Shown here: piece after piece, positions 10,285 to 20,273 of the stretch | How positions within the stretch are numbered: the first letter of the stretch is position 1 | Layout of the letters: each line of letters opens with the position of its first letter | NCBI GenBank assembly: GCA_963674595.2 | Contig: CAXXFV010000023.1 | Span: 192,001 to 256,000, forward strand | Direction of reading: 5' to 3' | Source: a bacterium | Lineage (GTDB): Bacteria; Zhuqueibacterota; Zhuqueibacteria; Residuimicrobiales; Krinioviventaceae | DNA length: 64,000 nt | Position numbers and translations under genes: made by a program | The notes under the pieces: model-generated | The model's database searches: none | The model's input: only the letters and a program-made list of their open reading frames with translations | Told to the model about the DNA's origin: nothing

Positions 10285-10300
10285 GAAATAGGAGTAAAAA

Positions 10301-11077
10301 ATGCCAAAAACAAGTATCCAAGATCTTTTACTCGCTGGATGTCATTTCGGGCACCTCACCAGACGGTGGAATCCCAAAATGAAAAATTACATTTTTATGG
10401 AACGTAATGGCATTCACATTATCGATTTAAAAAAGACATTGCAGTACTTGAATACTGCGTGCGAACAGATTACTGAAAATGTTCGCAGGGGCGGAAATGT
10501 ATTATTTGTCGGTACCAAAAAACAGGCAAAAGACATCATTCGCTTGGAAGCGGAACGCTGTAATATGCCTTATGTTACAGAAAGATGGCTTGGTGGTACA
10601 CTAACCAATTTTATTACCATTAAAAAAAGTGTAAAACGCCTGAAAAATTTAGAGAAAAAAGCGACAGATGGTACTTATGATAAATTGAGCAAAAAAGAAA
10701 TTTTGCAAATCGAGCGGGAAAAAGAAAAATTAAATAAAGTTCTCGGTGGTATCCGTGAAATGGTTCATTTGCCTTCAGCAATTTTTATTGTAGATGCTAA
10801 AAAAGAAACGATTGCCCTGAAAGAGGCTATTCGTTTGAATATACCAGTATTTGGCATGGTTGATACAAATACTGACCCTGATCCTCTTGATTATATTATT
10901 CCATGTAATGACGATGCCTTTAAATCAATCAATTTAATAGCGCACTGCATTTCTGACGCTGTTATTGAAGGCAAATCAGGCCAACTGGAAGCTCAGATGG
11001 CAGAGGGTGCTGAAGAGCAGGCTCAGGCGGAAGAAGCTGAAATTGCTGCTGAAGAATCAAATGATGAATCAAAATAA
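10301..11077 (+). CDS. rpsB: 30S ribosomal protein S2
   Basis: AGCHFGH, WNPKM, RWLGGTLTNF, DTNTDP, NDDA. Confidence 0.98.
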   Translation: MPKTSIQDLLLAGCHFGHLTRRWNPKMKNYIFMERNGIHIIDLKKTLQYLNTACEQITENVRRGGNVLFVGTKKQAKDIIRLEAERCNMPYVTERWLGGTLTNFITIKKSVKRLKNLEKKATDGTYDKLSKKEILQIEREKEKLNKVLGGIREMVHLPSAIFIVDAKKETIALKEAIRLNIPVFGMVDTNTDPDPLDYIIPCNDDAFKSINLIAHCISDAVIEGKSGQLEAQMAEGAEEQAQAEEAEIAAEESNDESK

Positions 11078-11121
11078 TTTAATGACTTTATTTCTTGGAA
11101 CTTAAAATAGGAGATATATAA

Positions 11122-11715
11122 ATGGCCATCCAGGCTTCAGATGTTAAAGTTTTAAGAGAAAAAACCGGCGCTGGTATGATGGACTGTAAAAAGGCGCTGA
11201 CAGAGGCAAATGGTGATATGGAAGCTGCCATTGAATATTTGCGTACCAAAGGTTTACAACAGGCTGAAAAGAAAGCCGGGCGTTCAGCTCAGGAAGGTAT
11301 TATTCAGTCATACATTCATCCTGGAAGTAAATTGGGTGTTTTGGTAGAAATCAATTGTGAAACTGATTTTGTTGCCAGAACAGATGACTTTTTAGAATTT
11401 ACCAAAGATGTTGCCATGCAAATTGCCGCTGCCAAACCAATCGTTGTTTCTCGCGAAGAAGTAGATCCAAAGATTGTTGAAAAAGAAAAAGAGATTTATA
11501 AAGCACAGGCAATTGAACAGGGTAAACCTGAGAAAATTTTTGATCGTTTTGTTGAAGGTAAACTGGAAAAATTTTACCAGGAAAACTGCTTGTTGGAACA
11601 AAGTTTTGTTAAAGACCCAAACAAAACTGTTAAGGATATTTTGAATGAAATTATCGCCAAGCTAGGCGAGAACATGATCATTAAAAGATTTGTTCGATTT
11701 CAGCTAGGTGAATAA
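11122..11715 (+). CDS. tsf: Elongation factor Ts (short, about 200-aa form)
   Basis: [26 protein letters not shown]. Confidence 0.97.
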   Translation: MAIQASDVKVLREKTGAGMMDCKKALTEANGDMEAAIEYLRTKGLQQAEKKAGRSAQEGIIQSYIHPGSKLGVLVEINCETDFVARTDDFLEFTKDVAMQIAAAKPIVVSREEVDPKIVEKEKEIYKAQAIEQGKPEKIFDRFVEGKLEKFYQENCLLEQSFVKDPNKTVKDILNEIIAKLGENMIIKRFVRFQLGE

Positions 11716-11725
11716 AATAAATATG

Positions 11726-11751
11726 GAGCGAAGTTTTACTTCGCTCTTTTT
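11726..11751 (+). terminator. Intrinsic terminator after tsf
   Basis: GAGCGAAGT-TTT-ACTTCGCTC followed by T5. Confidence 0.75.
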
Positions 11752-11796
11752 ATATAACAAATACAGAATATCTTTTTATTTTAGGAGACTGTATTT

Positions 11797-12519
11797 TTGG
11801 AGAAAAAACCTCAATTTAAACGAGTTTTACTCAAATTAAGCGGTGAAGCACTTATGGGGAGTGAAAAGCTTGGTATTGATCCTGTAACAGTTGATCAAAT
11901 CAGCAGGGAAGTAAGTGAAGTCGCTGCCATGGGAATTCAAGTTGGTATTATCATCGGGGGAGGAAATATTTTTCGAGGGCTATCTGCAAGTGCCCGTGGT
12001 ATGGATCGCGTTACCGGTGATTATATGGGAATGCTTGCAACTGTAATAAATTCTCTTGCATTGCAAGATTATCTCGAGCGTCATAATGCCAAAACACGTG
12101 TTATGACTGCCATCAAAATGGAAGAAATTGCTGAGCCATTTATTCGCCGTCGGGCTATTGCACATTTGGAACGAGGTGATATAGTTATTTTTGGAGCTGG
12201 TACCGGTAATCCATATTTTACAACAGATACTGCGGCTGCCTTGCGGGCAATCGAAATTGAAGCAGACGCTATTATTAAAGGGACTAAAGTTGATGGCGTG
12301 TATGATAAAGATCCTGTGACCAATCCGGATGCCGTAAAATTTGATCAACTGACCTATATGGAAATCGTTAATAAACGTCTGAGGGTCATGGATACGACTG
12401 CTGTTACCCTGTGTATGGAAAATAAATTGCCAATTATGGTATTTAACCTAAAAACAGAAGGTAATCTAAAAAGATTAATGTATGGTGAAGCCATTGGAAC
12501 CAAAGTAATCGGTGAGTAA
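11797..12519 (+). CDS. pyrH: UMP kinase
   Basis: [34 protein letters not shown]. Confidence 0.98.
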   Translation: MEKKPQFKRVLLKLSGEALMGSEKLGIDPVTVDQISREVSEVAAMGIQVGIIIGGGNIFRGLSASARGMDRVTGDYMGMLATVINSLALQDYLERHNAKTRVMTAIKMEEIAEPFIRRRAIAHLERGDIVIFGAGTGNPYFTTDTAAALRAIEIEADAIIKGTKVDGVYDKDPVTNPDAVKFDQLTYMEIVNKRLRVMDTTAVTLCMENKLPIMVFNLKTEGNLKRLMYGEAIGTKVIGE

Positions 12520-12520
12520 T

Positions 12521-13078
12521 ATGATAGAACAAATTAAAAAAGAAATGAATGAAAAAATGGAACTTTCTGTCGAAAGTGTCCGTACAGAGTTTACAAAGCT
12601 CAGAACAGGAAAGGCGACTCCTGCTATTTTGGATGGTATTTCCGTAGACTATTATGGTAATAATACGCCTTTAAAACAGGTTGCAAATGTCAGTGCACCT
12701 GAACCCCGTTTGTTGGTTATTCAGCCGTGGGAAAAAAGCTTGTTGGGAGAAATAGAAAAAGCTATTCTCAAATCAGACCTCGGACTAAATCCAACAAGCG
12801 ATGGTATTGTTATTCGAATTCCAATACCTCAACTTACTGAGGAACGGCGACATTCTTTGGTCAAGGTTGCAAAAAAAATTGCCGAAGATGGTAAAATTGC
12901 TGTTCGTAATATCCGGCGGGATGCTAATGAAAAACTGAAAAAATCAGAGAAAAATAAAGAAATCTCTGAAGATCAAATGCATTCTGCACAGGATGATGTA
13001 CAGAAAAAAACAGATAGCTTTATTTCCAAGATTGATGAACTTTTGTCCGTCAAGGAAAAAGATATCCTGACAATTTAG
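12521..13078 (+). CDS. frr: Ribosome recycling factor
   Basis: LRTGKA, DLGLNP, LTEERR, VRNIRRDAN; ATG at 12521 (GTG at 12512 also possible). Confidence 0.97.
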   Translation: MIEQIKKEMNEKMELSVESVRTEFTKLRTGKATPAILDGISVDYYGNNTPLKQVANVSAPEPRLLVIQPWEKSLLGEIEKAILKSDLGLNPTSDGIVIRIPIPQLTEERRHSLVKVAKKIAEDGKIAVRNIRRDANEKLKKSEKNKEISEDQMHSAQDDVQKKTDSFISKIDELLSVKEKDILTI

Positions 13079-13104
13079 TTTATAACTAAAATTTTAGAAC
13101 TTGC

Positions 13105-13137
13105 AAAACCGCTATTAGTTATAATAGCGGTTTTTTT
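13105..13137 (+). terminator. Intrinsic terminator after frr
   Basis: AAAACCGCTATTA-GTTA-TAATAGCGGTTTTTTT. Confidence 0.8.
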
Positions 13138-13161
13138 AATACAAATCCTTAAACAGGAATT

Positions 13162-13923
13162 TTGATGATGGCAACGTACGACCCTTTTGCAAAATTTTAT
13201 GATTTGGAATATGGCCATAAAGATAACGATATTCCCTTTTACCTGGACATTGCCGACATGCATGGTCGCTCAATCCTTGAAATCGGCGTTGGAACAGGCC
13301 GTATGGCCATTCCGTTGGCCCAGAGGGGCTTTTCTGTTCATGGCCTGGACAACTCGGAATCCATGCTGGAGATCACGCGACAAAAAATAGCCAAACAGGA
13401 ATATGAAAATTTATTGCAGCTAACCTGCGCTGATATGAGAAATTTCAAGCTGGATCAAAAATTTTCACTTTGTATTATTCCTTTTCGCGCGTTTTTACAT
13501 AATTTGAATACCGAAGACCAAATTTCTACATTAAAATGCATTTATGATCATTTAAACAAAGATGGTATGCTTGTTTTTGATCTGTTTGTTCCATTACATG
13601 CCGTTCTTGCTCAAAACCGATGGAGCGAGATTATAGAAGAAGACGAATTATCCGTAGAAGAGAGCGGTGTTACAATTAATTGTAATGTAGAGCATGATCC
13701 GATAAACCAGTTGCTGGTTATGGAAAATTTATACATTGAAACAGATAAAACTCAAACCAGCCAGATGAAAAATACCATGACATATCGATATGTTTTTCGT
13801 TATGAAATGGAACTATTATTAAGGTTATGCGGGTTTGAAACTGTTCGTGTTTTTGGGGGCTTTGAAGAACAAGATTATAATTTCGACAGCGGTATAATGA
13901 TTTTTGTTGCGAAAAAATGCTAA
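13162..13923 (+). CDS. Class I SAM-dependent methyltransferase
   Basis: ILEIGVGTGR motif I, GLDNSESML, ADMRNF. Confidence 0.9.
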   Translation: MMMATYDPFAKFYDLEYGHKDNDIPFYLDIADMHGRSILEIGVGTGRMAIPLAQRGFSVHGLDNSESMLEITRQKIAKQEYENLLQLTCADMRNFKLDQKFSLCIIPFRAFLHNLNTEDQISTLKCIYDHLNKDGMLVFDLFVPLHAVLAQNRWSEIIEEDELSVEESGVTINCNVEHDPINQLLVMENLYIETDKTQTSQMKNTMTYRYVFRYEMELLLRLCGFETVRVFGGFEEQDYNFDSGIMIFVAKKC

Positions 13924-13979
13924 TATTAATAATTTAGTATAAAAATGGCAAGATACAATACACAATCCGGAACCAGTCA

Positions 13980-14864
13980 GTGAATCTTAAAAAAGTTAAA
14001 ATTGTTCAAAATCCAAAATCAGGGATAATTAGAAGTCCATATTTTATACGCAAATTGATTGAATTTATTTTGCAGGATGCCCCGTTTCAATTTGATTTTG
14101 TTGAAACGCAATATAGCGGTCATGCTAAAGAAATTGCCAGGCAAGCTGCCAAAGACGGATACGATGCCGTTGTTGCTGTTGGTGGTGACGGCACGGCAAA
14201 TCAAATTGCTTCGGCATTACTATATACGAACACAGCCCTTGCTATTGTTCCCATGGGGTCCGGTAACGGATTAGCCCGTGCTGTTAGAATTCCTTTAACA
14301 ATAAAAAAAGCCGTTCAATTGCTTTTAGACGGAAAAATTAGACAAATAGATGCCGGTAAAATTCAGGACAAATATTTTTTCATTGTAACAGGACTCGGAT
14401 TTGATGCCGAAATTGGTAAAATTTTTAATGAACAAAATATAAGAGGACCGGTCCCTTATTTTGCAATCGGCTTGAGAGAGTTTTTTAATTATCGCCCCGA
14501 AGTATTTATCATCAAATTTGATGACAAACAAATCGTTGTTCCTTCTTTATTCGTAACAATAGCCAATGCAAAGGGATGGGGCGTTGGAGCTATTATTGCA
14601 CCTCATGCAGAACCGGATGATGGAATTTTGGATATCTGTATTATTCACCGGATTAAATTTTTAACGGCAATTTTTCATTTACCAAAATTGTTTACAGGAA
14701 AGATTGAAAAGGTGCGAAAATATGAGAGGTATCAGGCAAAATCCTTAAAGATTATTCGTGAGCGTCCAGGCGCTTTCCATTGTGATGGTGAATCTTTTGA
14801 CGGTGATACGGAATTGGATATTTCTGTTGAAAGTAAAGCATTAAAAATAATTGTACCAAAATAA
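13980..14864 (+). CDS. Diacylglycerol kinase-family (YegS/DagK-like) lipid kinase
   Basis: NPKSG, GGDGT, PMGSGNGLAR, DDGILD, DGE. Confidence 0.92.
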   Translation: MNLKKVKIVQNPKSGIIRSPYFIRKLIEFILQDAPFQFDFVETQYSGHAKEIARQAAKDGYDAVVAVGGDGTANQIASALLYTNTALAIVPMGSGNGLARAVRIPLTIKKAVQLLLDGKIRQIDAGKIQDKYFFIVTGLGFDAEIGKIFNEQNIRGPVPYFAIGLREFFNYRPEVFIIKFDDKQIVVPSLFVTIANAKGWGVGAIIAPHAEPDDGILDICIIHRIKFLTAIFHLPKLFTGKIEKVRKYERYQAKSLKIIRERPGAFHCDGESFDGDTELDISVESKALKIIVPK

Positions 14865-14870
14865 AAAATA

Positions 14871-14898
14871 TGAAACCAAATAGTGTTTATTTGAGTCT
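14871..14898 (+). promoter_or_regulatory. Possible ECF-sigma promoter
   Basis: TGAAAC...GTCT with ECF-like spacing, about 35 bp upstream of 14935. Confidence 0.3.
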
Positions 14899-14934
14899 TA
14901 TAGAAAAGCCTGTTTCAAATTTTAGAGATGCTTT

Positions 14935-15819
14935 ATGACTCTGTTTAAAAAAATCGGATTTGCTCTGTTGGTGTTTTTTATGTCGGTGGGAATTTTCTTT
15001 TTATTATCTAACAATGAGCAAATAAAAACAAATATTCTCCGAACTTCATTAGAGTTATTTGGTAAAGAGTTATTAGCTATGGTCCCCGAGGGTAATGAAA
15101 AAGACCTGTTGGTTGATCGATATAATCAATTTATCAATAAAGCGGAAAATGATGAAATTCCACCTGAAAAAATAGAAAAGATTGCTGCAACTATACTAAA
15201 TCTTGCCAATCAGGATTCTCTGATAAGTGCGGAAAAAGCCATTAACGCTCTGGAATTAACTGATTTGGAACCGATTTCAAAAGATTCCTTATCGATTCGG
15301 AGTTCTTTTATAAAAAGAGTGCCCGATTTTCGAATGCCTTTACCCTTCCTGTGGAAATTGCATGACAAAAAACACATGGAACTGGCAAACAGGCTCACGG
15401 CTGCCCGGGAGTTTCATGTATTTATGCGCAACATGAGCATACCTGACAGTTGTCTTGACGTTATGAAAAAACATTATGTGTTTATGGCTGACAGCGGTCT
15501 TCGGATTGTGATGGATATGAATATTGAAAAAGCCATGCCTGTAGAACGTGTAAAAAGCCTGGAAGATAAAATTGGTATTCTTGAGGAACAAAATCAACTC
15601 GTGTGGACAAAGGACATTGAACCTTTTATTTTAAACCATGCTGATGATTTTACGAATATGAGATTTTTACGTGATTTTAAAGATCCGCAGTTTCGTCGTC
15701 GGTTTTTAGAATCTATTAAAGGATTGAATGGGAAAATTAATATCGATTCAATTGTTGTTGTCAGTCCTGATTCATCACGAAAAAATATGACAATGTCGAT
15801 TCAAATCAAAACAAAGTAA
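14935..15819 (+). CDS. Hypothetical protein with N-terminal membrane anchor
   Basis: 294-aa ORF, one N-terminal hydrophobic helix; no family recognised. Confidence 0.6.
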   Translation: MTLFKKIGFALLVFFMSVGIFFLLSNNEQIKTNILRTSLELFGKELLAMVPEGNEKDLLVDRYNQFINKAENDEIPPEKIEKIAATILNLANQDSLISAEKAINALELTDLEPISKDSLSIRSSFIKRVPDFRMPLPFLWKLHDKKHMELANRLTAAREFHVFMRNMSIPDSCLDVMKKHYVFMADSGLRIVMDMNIEKAMPVERVKSLEDKIGILEEQNQLVWTKDIEPFILNHADDFTNMRFLRDFKDPQFRRRFLESIKGLNGKINIDSIVVVSPDSSRKNMTMSIQIKTK

Positions 15820-15826
15820 AATATTT

Positions 15827-17587
15827 TTATAATGGTAAGGCGAGTACAATTGTTTTTTTGGAAACAGTTATATTCGCTTTTTGTTTATTTAGCGCTTCCA
15901 ATAATACAATATAAATCCCAATACGGCACCTCTGACCGTCTTCGTTAAACCCGTTCCAAAGAAATGTACCCTTTGCACCACTTGGTTCATGGTTTGCTAA
16001 AAATCTCACCATTCTGCCGTTTATATCAAAAATTTTTAGATTTATAAAAGCTGTTGCTGAAGGCAGTGAATAGGTAATCGCAGCAGTATCTTCAATACCA
16101 TCTCCATCCGGTGAAAATGGATTGGGGGTTATTGATAATTGGGTTGCAGCCGGTAAAATTTTCGTATAAATACTGTTTTCACGTCCGGCAGTATGTCCCG
16201 CTGATGAAACACACGTCGCCCAGTTGTTTGCTTTTTGGCCTGAAATTCGGGGATTGATTTTTTCCAGGGATTTACCTTTAGCCCCGCCCCAATTTTCATC
16301 ATAATTTACCTTATCGATTATTTTTCCTGTTGCGTCATAGATATATAATACATCAGATGTATTATTCAATGAAGGAAATTTTGTGTTTATAATAACTTTT
16401 GATGTATTATTTATTGTTTCGCAAATTGTTGAATCTTTGGCAATAATAATATATTCACCCGGAGTTATGATACATGATGAATCCGCGAGGCCGAACGGAT
16501 CAGCATCACTATCGGAAAAAGACCAGGAAAAAAGTTCGATATTAGCATCCATTGCATTGAAAATTTCAATCCACTCACAATTACCAGGTTCCGGATTATA
16601 CATAATTTCATTGATATACAGCGTACCTTTAGGATAGGATGTGCTGCATATTTTTTCAAGAATATTATTATCAGGAACCTGGTCAAGCCCGGTTTGAATA
16701 TCTGCAATTATGTAAAATGTTCCGGGTTGACGGTTTTCCCAAATTATAGAGAATTCTTTAATTTCGCCAGGTAACAATTCGCTAATTTTTAAGGTTTCAA
16801 TATTTTGTTGTGAATCTGAATAAAGCGGAGAAAAAGAAAAATTAAGAGATGCCTCTGAAATCGGATTTCTGCCAAAGTTTTCTATTTTAACAGATATGGT
16901 CAATGGATTGTCCGGTTCCGTGTTTTCCGTATCAAATGTTAAGGAATTTTCCACGATCCTCAAATCATATTGTTTGGGACTGCAACTGTTCAAGCTTCCA
17001 GGTGTTGATTTTAAAGAATCCTGACACGTTTGCCAGTTAGCGGCCTCGAATCCCGGATTTTCATAATAAATACGTTCCAGGGAAATATTCCTGCCGCCAC
17101 CCCAGGATGGATCATATGTGAGGCTGTCTATAAGAGCGCCGGAAGAATCTTTAAGCACCAAATCATCTCCGGTATTATTAAGCTCAATAAAGGATGGTAT
17201 TGAAATATATGGATAATTTTTTTGTTCAGCACTGCCTAGGACGACATATTCGCCGGAATTTATAAAATAATCACCAGATGTAATTGTGACTGTTTTTCGC
17301 CGGTCACCTATTGTCCAGTTTTTTAAATTTATTGTGTTTTCCCGGGTGTTATATAATTCAATCCATTCCTCTTCACGTTCATCGGTATTATACATGATTT
17401 CGTTTATTACAATAGCACCGAACTCTGATATTTTTTTCTGTTCAGAAACGCCATCATCATTACTGTACGCCGACTTTATTAAAATAGTGTCCTTTGAATG
17501 GAGAGATATTTCTTTTGTTTGACTAACGCCGGGTTTTGTGCTTAAAACAGATAAAATACTTAGAACAAAACATAAAAACTTCATCAC
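15827..17587 (-). CDS. Secreted lamin-tail-domain protein (2x LTD, CARDB-like Ig, FlgD/CTD-like C-terminus)
   Basis: Two INEIMYN...EWIE.N...LNN..D...TPG/AG repeats; PNPFSPDGDG C-terminal domain. Confidence 0.85.
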   Translation of the reverse strand: MMKFLCFVLSILSVLSTKPGVSQTKEISLHSKDTILIKSAYSNDDGVSEQKKISEFGAIVINEIMYNTDEREEEWIELYNTRENTINLKNWTIGDRRKTVTITSGDYFINSGEYVVLGSAEQKNYPYISIPSFIELNNTGDDLVLKDSSGALIDSLTYDPSWGGGRNISLERIYYENPGFEAANWQTCQDSLKSTPGSLNSCSPKQYDLRIVENSLTFDTENTEPDNPLTISVKIENFGRNPISEASLNFSFSPLYSDSQQNIETLKISELLPGEIKEFSIIWENRQPGTFYIIADIQTGLDQVPDNNILEKICSTSYPKGTLYINEIMYNPEPGNCEWIEIFNAMDANIELFSWSFSDSDADPFGLADSSCIITPGEYIIIAKDSTICETINNTSKVIINTKFPSLNNTSDVLYIYDATGKIIDKVNYDENWGGAKGKSLEKINPRISGQKANNWATCVSSAGHTAGRENSIYTKILPAATQLSITPNPFSPDGDGIEDTAAITYSLPSATAFINLKIFDINGRMVRFLANHEPSGAKGTFLWNGFNEDGQRCRIGIYIVLLEALNKQKANITVSKKTIVLALPL

Positions 17588-17606
17588 AATCCCCCTGAAA
17601 TTAGAG

Positions 17607-18965
17607 TCAGGAATCCGATTTTTTTAATAGGTCTTTTAAACTTGTGTTTGAAAAAGTGGTACGTAATGTTTCTTCCATTTGTTTTTGAAATTCTTCAACA
17701 GTTTTACCAATATTATAATCAGTATCAAATGTTGAAAATGAAATGCCGTGTTTTTGCAGTTTTTGTATAACATCTATAATTTTCATGTTTTCCAAACTGA
17801 CTGCCGGCGTATAACGTGTAATATCGTCGTCTATGGCATAAATAAACCGTTGAGCTATTAAATCGGTTAGAATTTCGTTTATAAGTCGCTCCGGCACGTT
17901 CAAAACATCGGTTAAATCTTTCATAGATGGTGCAGGTTTGGCATAATGAAAGGGTTCGCCAACCAAAACAAGTATTTGAATGGTAATTGCTTCTTTGAAT
18001 TGTTGACTGTAATGTGTTCCCCTGATTTCCCATGAGATTTTATTGGCATTTTGATGGGCATAAGCAATTTCTGCACCCAGTAATACAATTGCCCAACTGA
18101 TAAACAGCCAAACCAGGAAAAGAGGTAATGTTGCGAATCCGGCATAAAGGGCGGCTTTTGCGCCGGTTTGGTAAGATGCTACAATAAAACGGGCGAAAAA
18201 TATATTGGCGAATTGCCACAGCGTGCCGGATAAAATCGCCCCGATAAGTGCTGAACGCATTCTAACACGCGTATTTGGAATAAATGTGATGAGAAAGTAA
18301 AAAGCAACCCAGCTTGTAACAGTGGGCGCTGTTTTGTTTACAATAAATGAAACGACCGGCATTTTTTGGATCATTTCAACCAGTGTAAAACTTTGCAGTG
18401 ATGCCGTAATACCGAGAATAGTGAATAACAAAAGCGGACCCAGCAGCAAAACTGAAAGATAATCGCTAAAGCGTCTTTGCAAACTTCGGACACGGTGGAC
18501 CTTCCATATATCATTAAAGGCCCTTTCAATATTATTAATAATCGAAAGGACGGAAAATAAAAGCAACAGCAAACCTGCTGCACCCAAGGCACTGACATCA
18601 ACATTGTCGACAAAATTTACAATGTTGGGAATAACAAGGTCCATTGCCTGCTGGCCTAAAGGGGCCATAATTTGATATAATGTCGGCTCAAGGCGGTTAT
18701 GAAAGCCAAAACCTTTTAATAAGGAAAACATAACAGCTAAAAGAGGAACGATGGACAAGAGTGTTGCATACACCAGTGCGGAAGCTCTTACAAGCAGACG
18801 ATCCTGAATAAAAGCCCTGGCAACCAGATAACTGACAAGAATTTGCCGGTAAAAAAAAGCTTTTAATCTTGAAATTTTGGTAAAGTCAAGATGCCAAAGG
18901 TCTTTTGTTAAAAATTGATGAATAAAAGCCATCAATTCCAGAAAGGGTTTTATTAAATTATCCAT
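17607..18965 (-). CDS. YihY/BrkB-family membrane protein with C-terminal Rrf2-like wHTH
   Basis: RASALVYATLLSIVPL, IERAFNDIW, LYAGFATLPLFLVWLFISWAIVLLGAE. Confidence 0.9.
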   Translation of the reverse strand: MDNLIKPFLELMAFIHQFLTKDLWHLDFTKISRLKAFFYRQILVSYLVARAFIQDRLLVRASALVYATLLSIVPLLAVMFSLLKGFGFHNRLEPTLYQIMAPLGQQAMDLVIPNIVNFVDNVDVSALGAAGLLLLLFSVLSIINNIERAFNDIWKVHRVRSLQRRFSDYLSVLLLGPLLLFTILGITASLQSFTLVEMIQKMPVVSFIVNKTAPTVTSWVAFYFLITFIPNTRVRMRSALIGAILSGTLWQFANIFFARFIVASYQTGAKAALYAGFATLPLFLVWLFISWAIVLLGAEIAYAHQNANKISWEIRGTHYSQQFKEAITIQILVLVGEPFHYAKPAPSMKDLTDVLNVPERLINEILTDLIAQRFIYAIDDDITRYTPAVSLENMKIIDVIQKLQKHGISFSTFDTDYNIGKTVEEFQKQMEETLRTTFSNTSLKDLLKKSDS

Positions 18966-19068
18966 AACATAAATATCTAAAATGGGTTACCGAGTTGATT
19001 TTAAATAAATTATAAGAATAGCAGGCTAAAAAGTCAAGTGTAAAGAAATTTTGTTTTGCATTAACAGT

Positions 19069-19085
19069 CCGGCATGATATTTGAA
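19069..19085 (+). promoter_or_regulatory. sigma54-like promoter (variant -12)
   Basis: CCGGCATGATATTTGAA: GG-N10-GA. Confidence 0.35.
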
Positions 19086-19288
19086 TTATAAAAAAGTGAT
19101 GAGGCTCATAGTATTATTTGAAAAAAATGCTAAATTTTTGTACGCAAATTTTTAATATAACTATATAAATATATTGAGGATTAATTAAAAGCGGTTTTGA
19201 AATTTTTCCCGGTTTAAGATTGTTATTGAGACATAGAGTAATCATATATGACACAAATGACTCAGTTTGATAGTTTGTTAAATGGAGC

Positions 19289-20002
19289 ATGATAGATATG
19301 AAAAGAGTAATAAAATCAAATTCTGTGCGGGTCTTTTTTCTGGTACTTGTCGCCTCATATCTGGGAATAACAACGTTGGCAAGCGATGCTAACGAAGTAT
19401 TAAACTCAAATCAGAATCCACCTGTTATTTCACACAGGGCCGTCAAGCTTGCTTTACAAGGCGAAAAAATTAATATCGTTGCCGGAATTGGTCATCGTAC
19501 CGGAATTAAAGATGTTGCTTTGACAATAAATTATGGAAAGAATAAAATTATTGTTGGTAGTTTGGTTCCCGTTCAAGGACTTGGTCCGGTTCCTGTATCG
19601 GTTAGTGCATTAAAAAATGTGCCCGTATTAAAGGATGTCGGATTAAATCAAAAAATTGCTGGTATTTTTAAAAACGGTGAACAAGCAAAAGTAACCCTGG
19701 TTCGTGGAGAATATCTGAGAATTCTAACTTCCGACGGACTGGAAGGCTATGTTGAAAAACGTCAAACAGCCACATTGTTAACCGGTGAGATGTTTGGCGC
19801 TTCTATTCCCGAATCCATGACAATGGATAATTTGTCTTATAAAATTAGTGTTGTTTCAAATAGTGGGGATATTGCACAAACTGACGAGATTCATGTTAAA
19901 TTTTTAGACGAAAACGAGATTGCATATATAAAGTCTGAATTAAATAATGCAAATAATAATGAATTGAACCCGACTTTAAATATGGCTTTACTCACAAAAT
20001 AG
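19289..20002 (+). CDS. Secreted protein, Ig-like domain with inserted SH3b-like domain (paralog 1)
   Basis: Signal peptide; PPVISH...; SH3b-like KIAGIFKNGEQAKV...YLRILTSDGLEGYV; MFGASIP...LSYKISVV. Confidence 0.65.
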   Translation: MIDMKRVIKSNSVRVFFLVLVASYLGITTLASDANEVLNSNQNPPVISHRAVKLALQGEKINIVAGIGHRTGIKDVALTINYGKNKIIVGSLVPVQGLGPVPVSVSALKNVPVLKDVGLNQKIAGIFKNGEQAKVTLVRGEYLRILTSDGLEGYVEKRQTATLLTGEMFGASIPESMTMDNLSYKISVVSNSGDIAQTDEIHVKFLDENEIAYIKSELNNANNNELNPTLNMALLTK

Positions 20003-20032
20003 TTATTTCCCTCCTCTTTTTTAATATATTAG

Positions 20033-20061
20033 AAAAAGCCGGTTTTTATGCCGGCTTTTTT
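20033..20061 (+). terminator. Intrinsic (bidirectional-type) terminator
   Basis: AAAAAGCCGG...CCGGCTTTTTT. Confidence 0.75.
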
Positions 20062-20144
20062 ATTGCTATTATCTGCCCCCCTGTTATTTGATTTCCTCCC
20101 ATTTTTATCGTATATTTCTGCATAGATTGAAATTTTTTAAAAAA

Positions 20145-20161
20145 GTGGACTGATATTTGTG
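20145..20161 (+). promoter_or_regulatory. sigma54-like promoter (variant -12)
   Basis: GTGGACTGATATTTGTG: GG-N10-GT; shares TGATATTTG with the 19069 site. Confidence 0.3.
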
Positions 20162-20273
20162 TATAAAAGATGTTAGTTAAGGAAAGAGATTTTGTAAGTT
20201 TAATATTAATAGCGAAATAGTTATGGATTTCGTGGGCAGAAAGGTTAAATTAGCCTCGGGAGGGCGTCATATC

